NCBI GenBank assembly: GCA_902825795.1
Contig: CADECG010000002.1
Location: 15,541 to 79,540 of the forward strand
DNA length: 64,000 nt
Direction: 5' to 3'
Origin: an uncultured Bacteroidota bacterium
Lineage (GTDB): Bacteria; Bacteroidota; Bacteroidia; Flavobacteriales_F; PHOS-HE28
The position numbers and the translations under genes are program-made. Each line of letters opens with the position of its first letter. The first letter of the stretch is position 1. The notes below the pieces were generated by a model, which was not told the DNA's origin, did not search any database, and saw only the letters and a program-made list of their open reading frames with translations. Positions 18,579 to 27,757 of this stretch are shown piece after piece.

Positions 18579-19535
18579 CTACTTCAAAACCTTCAGGGTA
18601 CGCTGAGCACCACGCTCGAACACACGCAGGAAGTAAGTGCCCGCCTGCAGGAAAGCGAAGTCCTGCTCTTCAATATGGCTACCCGCCCAAATGACCTTGC
18701 CCACTGCATCCAGCAATTCGTAGCGTTCTGTGCCTGTTGCATTCCGCAAACCTATGCGGTCGATGATCGGGTTGCTCAAGAGCGCTGGCGCAGATTGTCC
18801 CTGCGCATCGCCTATCGCACTTGCGCTATTCCACGAAATGATGCAGATGCCGCCACCACCAATACCGCCGGGCGACCCGATACCGTTGCCGCCGCCGCCG
18901 CCGCCGCCATACGCAACGCCATTCCCTTCGGGATCGGTAACTGTGCAATTGGGATCGGTGAAGCCAGCGCCTTTGCCGCCAGCACCGGCAGGAGCACCTC
19001 CCGCCACGCCCGCACTTCCTCCGGGTGTCAAGCAATTGTTGCCATTCCACACGATGGTATTGCCACCAACGCCGCCGTTGCTTGTTGCGCCAGCGGCACC
19101 CCCACCTCCGCCACCGAAATAGGTGTGGTAACCGCCACCACCGGCTCCTCCTGTGCGGGCCACTTGACCACCAAGGCCAACACCACCTGCTCCACCGCCG
19201 CCAATGTTCGGGTTGCTCACGGAAGTCCCGTTATCCCCCGCACCAGCAAGAATTCCAAGGCCTCCAACGATGGTGGCCAATCCGCTTCCACCGGTGCCCA
19301 CTACAATTGAATACGAAGTGCCGGGGCTCACCACGAACGTACCGCGCGCATAACCGCCGCCACCACCGCCACCAGCACCGTTCGTTCCACCATTTCCTCC
19401 GGCGCCCACCAGCTCACACGTAATCGTATCGACCCCAGCAGGCACAACGAAAACCCCACTCGATGTGAAGATGACTTGGGCGAGCAACGAACCGCTCAAG
19501 AGGGTGAAGAGCGATAGGGTAAGAAGGTGCTTCAT
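18579..19535 (-). CDS. glycine-rich secreted protein with T9SS (type A) C-terminal sorting domain
   Basis: Signal peptide 'MKHLLTLSLFTLLSGSLLAQ'. ~200 aa of GG(x)GG runs. C-terminal ~80 aa 'GTYFLRVF...TLKVLK' is typical of the Por/T9SS CTD. Confidence 0.7.
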   Translation of the reverse strand: MKHLLTLSLFTLLSGSLLAQVIFTSSGVFVVPAGVDTITCELVGAGGNGGTNGAGGGGGGGYARGTFVVSPGTSYSIVVGTGGSGLATIVGGLGILAGAGDNGTSVSNPNIGGGGAGGVGLGGQVARTGGAGGGGYHTYFGGGGGGAAGATSNGGVGGNTIVWNGNNCLTPGGSAGVAGGAPAGAGGKGAGFTDPNCTVTDPEGNGVAYGGGGGGGNGIGSPGGIGGGGICIISWNSASAIGDAQGQSAPALLSNPIIDRIGLRNATGTERYELLDAVGKVIWAGSHIEEQDFAFLQAGTYFLRVFERGAQRTLKVLK

Positions 19536-19729
19536 AGATGCGCTGTATTGGTTCCGAGATGGTGAACCGGAATGAGAGGTTGATACTACGCAACTTCAGC
19601 GTCTGCGGTACGAAAACGGTACGACCCAACAACATTCAGAATACCTGCGCCGTGTGGTTTTCCTATCGCTGGTTCGCGGCTCCTGGCCTACTCGACTTAG
19701 ATTTCGGGACACTCCATACTCCAGAGATC

Positions 19730-21274
19730 ATGAAGAGTAAGTTCATGGGAAAACCAATGACCCGCATGGCCTTGGGTTTGGTGGCTGCTTTTCTGGGATG
19801 CGCACTTTGCGCCCAACCAAGGAACGCCAACGTGATTTTCGGGGATAACCTTTGGCTCAACTTCAACGGTGGTGCTCTTGCCGTGAGCGGCTCTCCCTAT
19901 TCACCAACGAACCGCACGGCATGCATTAGCAATACAAATGGTGAGTTGCTATTCCTCGCGGATGAGACCGGGATACGCGACACCACGTTCGCGTTGATGG
20001 CGGGTGGTGATGCGACCACGCTCGGATGGCCCAACACGCTGGCTGCGGTATTGATACTGCCTAAGCCGGGCTCTTCAACGAATTACATCGTTTTCGTGAA
20101 CACACCCGAAACCACCAAGCAGGCCGGATGGGTTGAGGTTGATATGAGTTTGAGCGGCGGGCTTGGGGGCGTGGTGAGCACCGGCACCACATGGTACATG
20201 AGCAACTGCACCGCCAAGTTGGCCGCGACCACGCATTCGAACGGAACGGACTACTGGGTGATGCAGCACGCTGATGGCACTGATGAATTCCATGCATATC
20301 GACTAGCGGTCAACGGACTCGGCCCCGCTCCTGTGATCAGCGCTGCGGGAAGTAGTTTAACCCCAACGCCATTTCCTGAACGTTTGAGCAGTGACTTTTG
20401 GTCCCCGATGAAATTCTCGCCGATGGGTGACCGGCTAGCGATGGGCTTGCAACTTGATGGCGATACGCTGGGTGCCAGTGTGCTGAACTTCGATCAAACG
20501 ACGGGCATCGTCTCGCATGTTGCGGACATACCCTGCACAATTCATTACTACGCCAGCGGACAGTTGACCGAAGCCTATTACAGCGCCGACCTCGTGAGCG
20601 GTATTGATTTCTCGAGTACTGGGGATTTTCTGCACGTAACTAGACTGAAGACCTTATTGGACGGGAGCGGGGGATCTCTCTCCACCCAGATCACCGTTGC
20701 CTTTGAAAATGTAGATAGCCTGGCCGCCTCGACTTTACCATCGCTGCACGTTGAAATGGGCTTAGGATCCGGATGGTCCCCTGATACTGTGGGTTCTTCA
20801 CTGATGCTTGGACCTGACGGTGTTTTGTATGTCCGTTCACTTTCCACAGACTTTGGCTACCTGTTCTTTTTAGCTACAGAGCCCCTTGTTCTCAGCGACC
20901 CCAATGTCATCGATCAGCAGATCGCATGGACGGGAGTTTTCCAGATCCCTGCGGGTTTCCCTCTATTCTGCAAACGATACCACGATAGCGAACCTGCATG
21001 GCTCGGCATACAGGGGAACATGGCCAATGAAGCTTCGTTGCGTGTGTGGCCCAACCCCGTGTATGAAGCCGCCACAATGGATCTGCCGAACGCTAGAAGC
21101 GCAGTTCGACTTGTCTGGACGGATGCTCTTGGGTGCACAGCGCGTGATGAAGAGATGATGGGCGTAGGAAGATCCGTGCGGTTAGAGCGGGGTAGCCTCC
21201 GGGCCGGTCTCTATATCGTGAAGGTTTGGGACGGCAATACACCGTTGGGCAATGCGCGTGTGTTGTTGGAATAG
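19730..21274 (+). CDS. hypothetical secreted protein with T9SS (type A) C-terminal sorting domain
   Basis: Signal peptide 'MTRMALGLVAAFLGCALCAQ'. C-terminus 'LRAGLYIVKVWDGNTPLGNARVLLE' is CTD-like. Divergent from the Gly-rich T9SS gene. Confidence 0.65.
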   Translation: MKSKFMGKPMTRMALGLVAAFLGCALCAQPRNANVIFGDNLWLNFNGGALAVSGSPYSPTNRTACISNTNGELLFLADETGIRDTTFALMAGGDATTLGWPNTLAAVLILPKPGSSTNYIVFVNTPETTKQAGWVEVDMSLSGGLGGVVSTGTTWYMSNCTAKLAATTHSNGTDYWVMQHADGTDEFHAYRLAVNGLGPAPVISAAGSSLTPTPFPERLSSDFWSPMKFSPMGDRLAMGLQLDGDTLGASVLNFDQTTGIVSHVADIPCTIHYYASGQLTEAYYSADLVSGIDFSSTGDFLHVTRLKTLLDGSGGSLSTQITVAFENVDSLAASTLPSLHVEMGLGSGWSPDTVGSSLMLGPDGVLYVRSLSTDFGYLFFLATEPLVLSDPNVIDQQIAWTGVFQIPAGFPLFCKRYHDSEPAWLGIQGNMANEASLRVWPNPVYEAATMDLPNARSAVRLVWTDALGCTARDEEMMGVGRSVRLERGSLRAGLYIVKVWDGNTPLGNARVLLE

Positions 21275-21291
21275 CGCAGAGGGCATTGACG

Positions 21292-21331
21292 CAACAAGAA
21301 CGCCCATGCCAGTGCATGGGCGTTCTTGTTG
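21292..21331. terminator. bidirectional rho-independent terminator hairpin (18-bp perfect stem, 4-nt loop) between convergent genes
   Basis: 'caacaagaacgcccatgc'-cagt-'gcatgggcgttcttgttg' read directly from the sequence. Confidence 0.75.
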
Positions 21332-21351
21332 GCACGGATCAATAGGAAAAG

Positions 21352-22425
21352 CTATGGGCCAATTCTGCCCAACGCCTGTTCCGCATAAAACCCGCCACCA
21401 GCAGCAATGGTCATGAACACCGGACGAGCTGCGAGGGTTCCCTGCGAGCGCTCGGTGCTGAGCGCTTGATACCACAGCGCTTCTTGGTCGAAGGTGCCAA
21501 CCGGGTGGATGGCTGCCCGAGCGAAGTAGCGTTCGGCTTTCTTGTACAGCCCAAGATTGTAGCAGGAGAGACCGGCATAGAACAGCGCGTTGATGTCATC
21601 GGGATATTGGGCGAGCACGGTGCGCAGTTCAGTAAGTGCGCGCTTGTGATCATTGCGTGCGAACGCGGCAAGTGCCACATCGAAGTGATCGAGGTATTGT
21701 ACCGGTCTGGTTTCAGGTTCCGCAGCGGCTTGGTCTTCAGGGGAAGCGAAGCGGGCACTCACGCCCAAGTCCTTGATGGGCGGCGGGTTGTCGCCATACA
21801 GTTCATTCGGGTGTACAAGCTTGAGGTTGTGCAGGAAAACCAATTGGCGGGAGTCGAGGACAACGCTCGAACTGCGCACCACCACGGTATCAACCGGCTT
21901 TGGTAATTGAACACGCACCGGTAGTTCGGCAAGTTGAATGGTGTCACGTTGCACCACTACTTCATCGGCTTTCAGGGGTGGTTTGCTCAGCGTTGGTTCA
22001 TGACCGATCTGTTGGCTCGGAAGGATCTGTACGGCGGCGATGATCTCGTTCTCGGTGGGCAATTGGATCGCGTTCGGTGCGCTGTCGACCAGGGGCGCAG
22101 TGCCATCGACATCCGTTGCACCCTCGATGTTCCCGGTTGTCAGCAACGCTTCATCGTCATGACTGGGGAGCAGCCAGGGCAATACGCTGATGAGGACAAC
22201 AACACCCACGACCAACGCTGGTCGCAACCAATTCGCTCCACGCGCACTTCCCATCGGCTTCTCCAATTCCGGCAATGGAGCCTTGGAAGCTGCTGACCCT
22301 TCAACCGCCTCACGACAGAGTTCACACCGTTCCAAGTGCAACTCCACCGCATGTGCCTCGGCACCCAGCACATGGCCATGTGCATAGCGCTCCAATAGCG
22401 TTCGGGACAGGTGTTCCATGATCAT
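21352..22425 (-). CDS. anti-sigma factor (zf-HC2 type) with TM helix and C-terminal TPR-like domain
   Basis: 'H..ELHLERCELCREAVE' putative zinc-finger motif. TM 'ALVVGVVVLISVLPWLL'. TPR-like 'ALFYAGLSCYNLGLYKKAERYFARA'. Start overlaps the sigma stop (ATGA). Confidence 0.7.
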   Translation of the reverse strand: MIMEHLSRTLLERYAHGHVLGAEAHAVELHLERCELCREAVEGSAASKAPLPELEKPMGSARGANWLRPALVVGVVVLISVLPWLLPSHDDEALLTTGNIEGATDVDGTAPLVDSAPNAIQLPTENEIIAAVQILPSQQIGHEPTLSKPPLKADEVVVQRDTIQLAELPVRVQLPKPVDTVVVRSSSVVLDSRQLVFLHNLKLVHPNELYGDNPPPIKDLGVSARFASPEDQAAAEPETRPVQYLDHFDVALAAFARNDHKRALTELRTVLAQYPDDINALFYAGLSCYNLGLYKKAERYFARAAIHPVGTFDQEALWYQALSTERSQGTLAARPVFMTIAAGGGFYAEQALGRIGP

Positions 22426-23012
22426 GGTGCGTTATGCGCTGTTCGTCCTGACGTGTTGCTTGTGCCGCGCTCCAGGATGATACGCAGGTTGCGCCGACCG
22501 TTCTGGAGGTTACTGCGCACGGCGTCGAAAGCGATGTTCAAGCGTTCGCCGACTTCGGCATAACTGAGCCGGTCGAGGTAGAACAGTTTGATGCAATCGC
22601 GCTGGTGTTCTGTCAGTTCATCGATGGCGTGTTCCATTCGGCGCAATAGGTCTTCGTTCTCCAAGTGCGCGGCCAGCAGATCATCGGCTTCATCGTGCTG
22701 GGTCCCGTTCAGTTCCGTCAACGGTTTTGCGCCGCGTAATTGCATCAGACAATGGTTACGCATCACAGTGTGCAACCAGGCCCCGGTGTTGCGCACCTCG
22801 TGGCGCTTGATCAGCGATGGCAGCTCGGCGAACACGTTCATCACGGCATCCTTCGCGGTCTCCGCGTTCTTGAGATACTTCATGCCCACGGCAAAAAGCA
22901 GGTGGGCGTACCTGTCCCAGAGTACGCCCAGCGCATCGGAGCGGCCGGCCTTGATCGCCAAGACCAATTCCTCATCGCTACTTGCTTGCTGCTGTTTCCG
23001 CCGTAGGAACAT
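22422..23012 (-). CDS. RNA polymerase ECF-type sigma-70 factor
   Basis: Region 2 ('YAHLLFAVGMKYL', 'AKDAVMNVF') and region 4 ('LSYAEVGERLNIAFDAVRSNLQNGRRNL'). Confidence 0.8.
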   Translation of the reverse strand: MFLRRKQQQASSDEELVLAIKAGRSDALGVLWDRYAHLLFAVGMKYLKNAETAKDAVMNVFAELPSLIKRHEVRNTGAWLHTVMRNHCLMQLRGAKPLTELNGTQHDEADDLLAAHLENEDLLRRMEHAIDELTEHQRDCIKLFYLDRLSYAEVGERLNIAFDAVRSNLQNGRRNLRIILERGTSNTSGRTAHNAP

Positions 23013-23906
23013 TCACTGTTTTGGTTGCTCCAAAGGTGGCTGCTCCAGCCCTTGTTCCGGCTTCTTCTCCGGGTCGCCGTCTTTGGTCTCCTCCTTCACT
23101 TCCTCTGGCTTCTTCTCTTCCAGCTGTTGCTGTTCCAACGCTTCCTGCGCCTGGCGGGCATCGTACTCGCGGCGCAACTGCATGGCGCGCTCCTGTGCCC
23201 ACAATTCTTGGTACGTCTTGGTCTCGATCACCACCACACCACCGGTAACGTCGCCGTACTTGGCCGGAAGCCCACCGGTATACACCGTAACGCTGCTGAT
23301 GGCGCTGCTCGGGACCCGTGGCAGTCGTCCGGCAATGCGCACGCCATCCACAAAGCTCGCCATGTTCTCGGTGCGGCTGCCCTTGAAGTGCAGGCCTTCG
23401 TTATCGCGCGAAGCAGTGATGCCGGTGAAGTTGGTCGTCATGAATTTCACCGGGTTCTTGACGTTCGGGTCGTTCTTCATTTCGCTTGCGAGCAACGTCT
23501 GCCTTCCCGGGTCCGCTTCATCGATCAATGGCCGCCGGTTGACATAATCAGCCTTCACCTTCTTCTTGAACACAACAAGCTCCTTCGCTGCCAACACCAG
23601 CGTGAAGTTGAGTTTCGTGTGCTGATCGGAAATGACGCTGACGGGCTCCGGCGAGTTCGATGTGAACGTATTCGCAGATGCGGTAACACTGTATGTCCCC
23701 GTCGGCAAGGGCTTCAACACATATCGACCTTGCTCATCAGTGGTGGTGCTGATGGTGCCGTTGGGAAGTGCGATCGATACGGTCGCGAACGGTATCGGCT
23801 TGCTTTCCTCATCGAGCACTTTGCCGCGTATTTCGCCCATGCTCTGGGCGTTGGTAACCAATGCGCTAATCGCAAAGGCTAGAGGAAGGAGAATTCCGTG
23901 TCCCAT
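23013..23906 (-). CDS. barrel-less TonB-dependent-receptor N-terminus (carboxypeptidase-regulatory-like domain + plug domain) with an acidic low-complexity C-terminal tail
   Basis: Signal peptide. 'IRGKVLDEESKPIPFATVSIALPNGTISTTTDEQGRYVLKPLPTGTYSVTAS' is CarbD_reg-like. 'FKGSRTENMASFVDGVRIAG...ISSVTVYTGGLPAKYGDVTGGVVVIETK' is plug-like. It then ends in ~70 aa of E/K/Q/P-rich sequence. The stop abuts the sigma start codon. Confidence 0.6.
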   Translation of the reverse strand: MGHGILLPLAFAISALVTNAQSMGEIRGKVLDEESKPIPFATVSIALPNGTISTTTDEQGRYVLKPLPTGTYSVTASANTFTSNSPEPVSVISDQHTKLNFTLVLAAKELVVFKKKVKADYVNRRPLIDEADPGRQTLLASEMKNDPNVKNPVKFMTTNFTGITASRDNEGLHFKGSRTENMASFVDGVRIAGRLPRVPSSAISSVTVYTGGLPAKYGDVTGGVVVIETKTYQELWAQERAMQLRREYDARQAQEALEQQQLEEKKPEEVKEETKDGDPEKKPEQGLEQPPLEQPKQ

Positions 23907-23966
23907 GATCGACGTGTTTGATCATAGGATGCGGGGAGCCCGGGAAATGCACAAGGAGCAAAGCCC

Positions 23967-24578
23967 TTACACCTCCTCCGCCACTACTTCCATCACGCCA
24001 GGCACCATCTGCTTCAGCAGATTCTCGATTCCGCCCTTCAACGTTACCATGCTACTGGGACAGCCACTGCAAGAGCCTTGCAACTGCACAGTAACAACAC
24101 CTTCCTTGTAAGACCGGAAGGCGATATGGCCCCCATCGCCTTCAACTCCCGGCTTTACATATTCATCCAGCACGGTGATGATCTTGGCGTCGTCCTCCGT
24201 GATCGGCTGCGCGTGGCTCACTGCACGTTCTTCGGCCTTGTGCATGTCCGCCGCACTGATGTCGGTGTTGAGCACCCGGCCGTCCTCACGCAGGTAGTCT
24301 TGGATGTACTCGCGCAGTTCCATTTGCACAAGGTCCCAATCGACGCTGTTGTTCTTTGTAACGGTAATGAAGTTGCTGCCGAGGAACACTCCTGTAACGA
24401 ACGGCAGGTTGAAGATCTTCTCGGCGAGTGGGGAAATGTTCACACACTCATCGGGCGCCGTGAACTCGAGCATGCGGCCTTCGGGCAGAAGCGGCAGATT
24501 GGTGACGTAGCGGAGTGTGGCCGGGTTCGGAGTGCTCTCGGCATATACCGTATAGGCTTTGCGGTTGACGGTTTCCAT
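23967..24578 (-). CDS. NifU-like Fe-S cluster assembly protein (Nfu N-terminal + NifU C-terminal domains)
   Basis: C-terminal 'GSCSGCPSSMVTLKGGIENLL' CxxC motif. N-terminal Nfu_N-like region. Confidence 0.75.
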   Translation of the reverse strand: METVNRKAYTVYAESTPNPATLRYVTNLPLLPEGRMLEFTAPDECVNISPLAEKIFNLPFVTGVFLGSNFITVTKNNSVDWDLVQMELREYIQDYLREDGRVLNTDISAADMHKAEERAVSHAQPITEDDAKIITVLDEYVKPGVEGDGGHIAFRSYKEGVVTVQLQGSCSGCPSSMVTLKGGIENLLKQMVPGVMEVVAEEV

Positions 24579-24678
24579 GACGGGGCGAAAGTAACCCAGC
24601 GTATAGCGCAGCCTTTCAAGCTCGTTAACGTTTCAGGTGAAGGCCACGTCAACGCACCGGCCTACTTTTGAGCCGTCC

Positions 24679-25077
24679 ATGAACCAGCTGCGCACAAATC
24701 GCTTCATCGTCCACTTCGCGGCGATGCTCCTATTGGTGGCTGCTTTGGCCCCTGCGTTGTGCCGCACGACCTGTCTACACAGTGGGCGCAGCGTTTTGGA
24801 TCTTGGCCATGCAAAGGGTTGTTGCGACAATGACGCGCCAAGCGACAAGCCTGAATTCCAAGGCACCTGTTGTGTGCATACCGAGGCCAGCGCCCAAGTG
24901 AACGACCATACTGTTGGCACACCCACCAAGCTGCTGGTATCGCTCCCGGTGGTATCCATTCTGGTTCCCGAACCGGCAATTCTTCGGGGCGCTCCGATCG
25001 CTTTGCTGCGCACTGACCGCGCACCACCGGTTAAGGCTCCTGAACGGTTGAGCCTTAACCGCTCGCTTCTTTTATAG
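24679..25077 (+). CDS. hypothetical small Cys-rich membrane/secreted protein
   Basis: N-terminal hydrophobic segment 'FIVHFAAMLLLVAALAPALC'. Clustered Cys 'CRTTC...GCCDND...GTCCVH'. Immediately upstream of a TonB-dependent receptor. Confidence 0.4.
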   Translation: MNQLRTNRFIVHFAAMLLLVAALAPALCRTTCLHSGRSVLDLGHAKGCCDNDAPSDKPEFQGTCCVHTEASAQVNDHTVGTPTKLLVSLPVVSILVPEPAILRGAPIALLRTDRAPPVKAPERLSLNRSLLL

Positions 25078-25157
25078 ACTTCTTCTTTCCTGCGACCAAG
25101 GTGCCCATTGGTGCGCTTGGCGATGTTGGTTATGCTCACTCAACAGGAAAAGAAGGC

Positions 25158-27374
25158 ATGCACTCAAGAAGATCGATCGCAATACTGCTCATAGCGATGG
25201 GCGGGCTCCCCGCAGTTGCGCAGGAGGTTAGTGGTACCGTGCGCGGCCGCAAAGCGGATGGATCGGTGGTGGTCCCGTTCGGCAACGTGAACTGGGCGGG
25301 AACGACCATTAGCACAACGGCTGATGATGCCGGTCGATTCTCGATCGCCGCGCCTTCATGGCCGGGCAGGCTGATCGCCAGTGCAACGGGCTACTCCAAC
25401 GATACGTTGGTATTCACTGAAGCGCCCTCGGGTGCCGTGGCGTTCGTTCTGGAGCCGGTGATCGAACTCGGCGCAGCGCGGATCATCGAGCGTGTACAAG
25501 GCACGCTGCTGGACACCCGGAGCACCGTGAACGGGGAACGCATCGGACAGAAAGAGCTCAAGCGCGCGGCGTGCTGCGACCTGAGCGAGAGCTTCGAGAC
25601 GAACGCAACGGTGGATGTGAGCTACGCGGATGCGGTGAGCGGCACCAAAGCGATCAAGATGCTCGGACTGGACGGCAAGTACGCGCTCATCAGTGTGGAG
25701 AACATCCCTTTTCTGCGCGGCCTCAGCAGCAGCTATGGGCTCACGTTATTGCCCGGTCCGTGGATCCTTGGCATAAACGTGAGCAAGGGCACAGGCCCGG
25801 TCGTGAACGGCTACAGTAGCATGACCGGCCAGATCGACCTCTCGCTGTTACAACCCAGCAGTGCGGAACCGCTATTCGTCAACCTGTATGGCAACGCACA
25901 GGGCCGTTACGAAGCCAATGTGCATTCAGCCCAACGTCTCGACACCGCGTGGCACAACCTGTTGATGGTCCATGCGAACTTCAACGAGACCGAACTGGAC
26001 AACAACAAGGATGGCTTCTTGGACAACGTGTTGAACAAGCGCATCAATATCCTCGACAGGGTGGAATACCAAGGTGACGGCAGCGATGCACACGTTGGCG
26101 TGCGGTACGTTTTCGATGAACGACGTGGCGGACAAGTCTCGCGTGATGAGGACGTGGGGCCTGCGATCCCGCGCTACCGCGTGGGTATCACGAACGAACT
26201 GATCGATGTCTTCGCCAAGGGTGGCTTCGTGTTCAAGAACAACGCAACACGGAGCATTGGCCTGATCGGCAACTACCGGCAACACACGCTTGATGCGCAA
26301 TTCGGGAACCGTGACCACACCGGCTTGGAGCACAGTGGTTCGTTCAGTGCCATTTTCCAGCAGCTGCTGCGCGATGGCAACGACCAAGTGAAAGCAGGGC
26401 TCACCTTCAACTACGCTGACTTTACGGAACAATACATCGACAGCACCTTTGGCCGTACCGAGCGCATACCGGGTGCCTTCGCCGAACACACGTTGAAGCG
26501 CGGAAGCTTCACCGCAGTGAGCGGTCTCCGGTTCGACATGAACGACCACTACGGCAATTTCCTGTCACCGCGGTTGCACTTGAAGTATGATCTGGGCCCA
26601 CTCACCGCATTGCGTGCCTCAGCTGGCAGCGGCTGGCGCAGTGCGAACCCATATGTTGAGAATGCCTCTGCTTTGGCCAGCTCGCGCACGGTGATCGTGG
26701 AAGAGGACCTTCGCGCCGAGCGCAGTTGGAACGTCGGTGTGGCCCTCACGCACAAATTCAAATGGATGCAACGCAAGTGGGCGTTCAACGTCGATGCGTA
26801 CCGCACGGAATTCACGGATCAAGCGGTGGCGGATATGGACGCCAGCGCGCATGAACTCCGGCTGTACAACCTGCGCGGAACGTCATACGCGACCACGGTA
26901 CAAACCGATCTACAGGTGGAACTTATTCGTCCATTGCAGTTGAAAGTGGCCTACCGGTGGTACGATGCACGCACCACTTACAGTGGACGACTGCTTTCGC
27001 GACCCTTCGTGCCCGAGCATCGCGCCATGGCCGATCTCGCCTTTACCAGTCCGGACGAGAAGTGGCGCTTTGACATCACACTGAACTGGTTCGGCACAAG
27101 CCGTCTGCCCGACTTGTCGGACAATACCAGCGCACACCACTTCAGCGAACACGCACCTGACTACACCTTGCTGCATGCGCAGTTGAGCCGCGTGCTCGGC
27201 GCGCTCGAACTCTACCTTGGATGCGAGAACATCACCGACTTCATGCAGCATCCGCAGATCATCGCACCCGAGCAGCCGTTCGGCCCGGACTTTGACGCCA
27301 GCATCATTTGGGGACCGACCAATGGACGCATGTTCTATGGCGGCCTACGTTACACACTGAAAAAGAAAAAGTAA
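25158..27374 (+). CDS. TonB-dependent receptor
   Basis: Signal peptide. CarbD_reg-like N-domain. Plug ('DLSESFETNATVDVSYADAVSGTKAIKMLGLDGKYALI'). ~550-aa barrel ending 'FYGGLRYTLKKKK'. Confidence 0.85.
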   Translation: MHSRRSIAILLIAMGGLPAVAQEVSGTVRGRKADGSVVVPFGNVNWAGTTISTTADDAGRFSIAAPSWPGRLIASATGYSNDTLVFTEAPSGAVAFVLEPVIELGAARIIERVQGTLLDTRSTVNGERIGQKELKRAACCDLSESFETNATVDVSYADAVSGTKAIKMLGLDGKYALISVENIPFLRGLSSSYGLTLLPGPWILGINVSKGTGPVVNGYSSMTGQIDLSLLQPSSAEPLFVNLYGNAQGRYEANVHSAQRLDTAWHNLLMVHANFNETELDNNKDGFLDNVLNKRINILDRVEYQGDGSDAHVGVRYVFDERRGGQVSRDEDVGPAIPRYRVGITNELIDVFAKGGFVFKNNATRSIGLIGNYRQHTLDAQFGNRDHTGLEHSGSFSAIFQQLLRDGNDQVKAGLTFNYADFTEQYIDSTFGRTERIPGAFAEHTLKRGSFTAVSGLRFDMNDHYGNFLSPRLHLKYDLGPLTALRASAGSGWRSANPYVENASALASSRTVIVEEDLRAERSWNVGVALTHKFKWMQRKWAFNVDAYRTEFTDQAVADMDASAHELRLYNLRGTSYATTVQTDLQVELIRPLQLKVAYRWYDARTTYSGRLLSRPFVPEHRAMADLAFTSPDEKWRFDITLNWFGTSRLPDLSDNTSAHHFSEHAPDYTLLHAQLSRVLGALELYLGCENITDFMQHPQIIAPEQPFGPDFDASIIWGPTNGRMFYGGLRYTLKKKK

Positions 27375-27410
27375 GGGCATGAAATTCCGCGCCTCAACAA
27401 CCAAAGCAAA

Positions 27411-27755
27411 ATGAAGAACATCCTCACCGCCGCACTGATCCTGATCGGGGTATCGGCTGCCGCACAAAAGAACAACGACACGCTTCTCGTGAAAAGCACC
27501 ACGATCTGCGACATGTGCGAGAAAACGATCGAAACGGAAATGATCTACGAGAAGGGCGTGCAGAAAGTGTCCGTGAACTTGGAGGACGCCACCGTTGAAG
27601 TTGTCTACGACAGTCGAAAGACGACGCCTGAAGCCATCCGCAAGGCGATCAGCAAACTTGGCTACATGGCCGATGATGTCGCTGCCGATGAAGCCGCTTG
27701 GAACAAGCTGCCGGCGTGTTGCAAGAACGAAGGTTGCGGAAAACCCAAGCAATAG
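27411..27755 (+). CDS. periplasmic heavy-metal-associated (HMA) domain protein
   Basis: Signal peptide 'MKNILTAALILIGVSAAAQ'. HMA-like 'CDMCEKTIE' metal-binding motif with ferredoxin-like fold pattern. C-terminal 'CCKNEGCG'. Confidence 0.7.
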   Translation: MKNILTAALILIGVSAAAQKNNDTLLVKSTTICDMCEKTIETEMIYEKGVQKVSVNLEDATVEVVYDSRKTTPEAIRKAISKLGYMADDVAADEAAWNKLPACCKNEGCGKPKQ

Positions 27756-27757
27756 GC

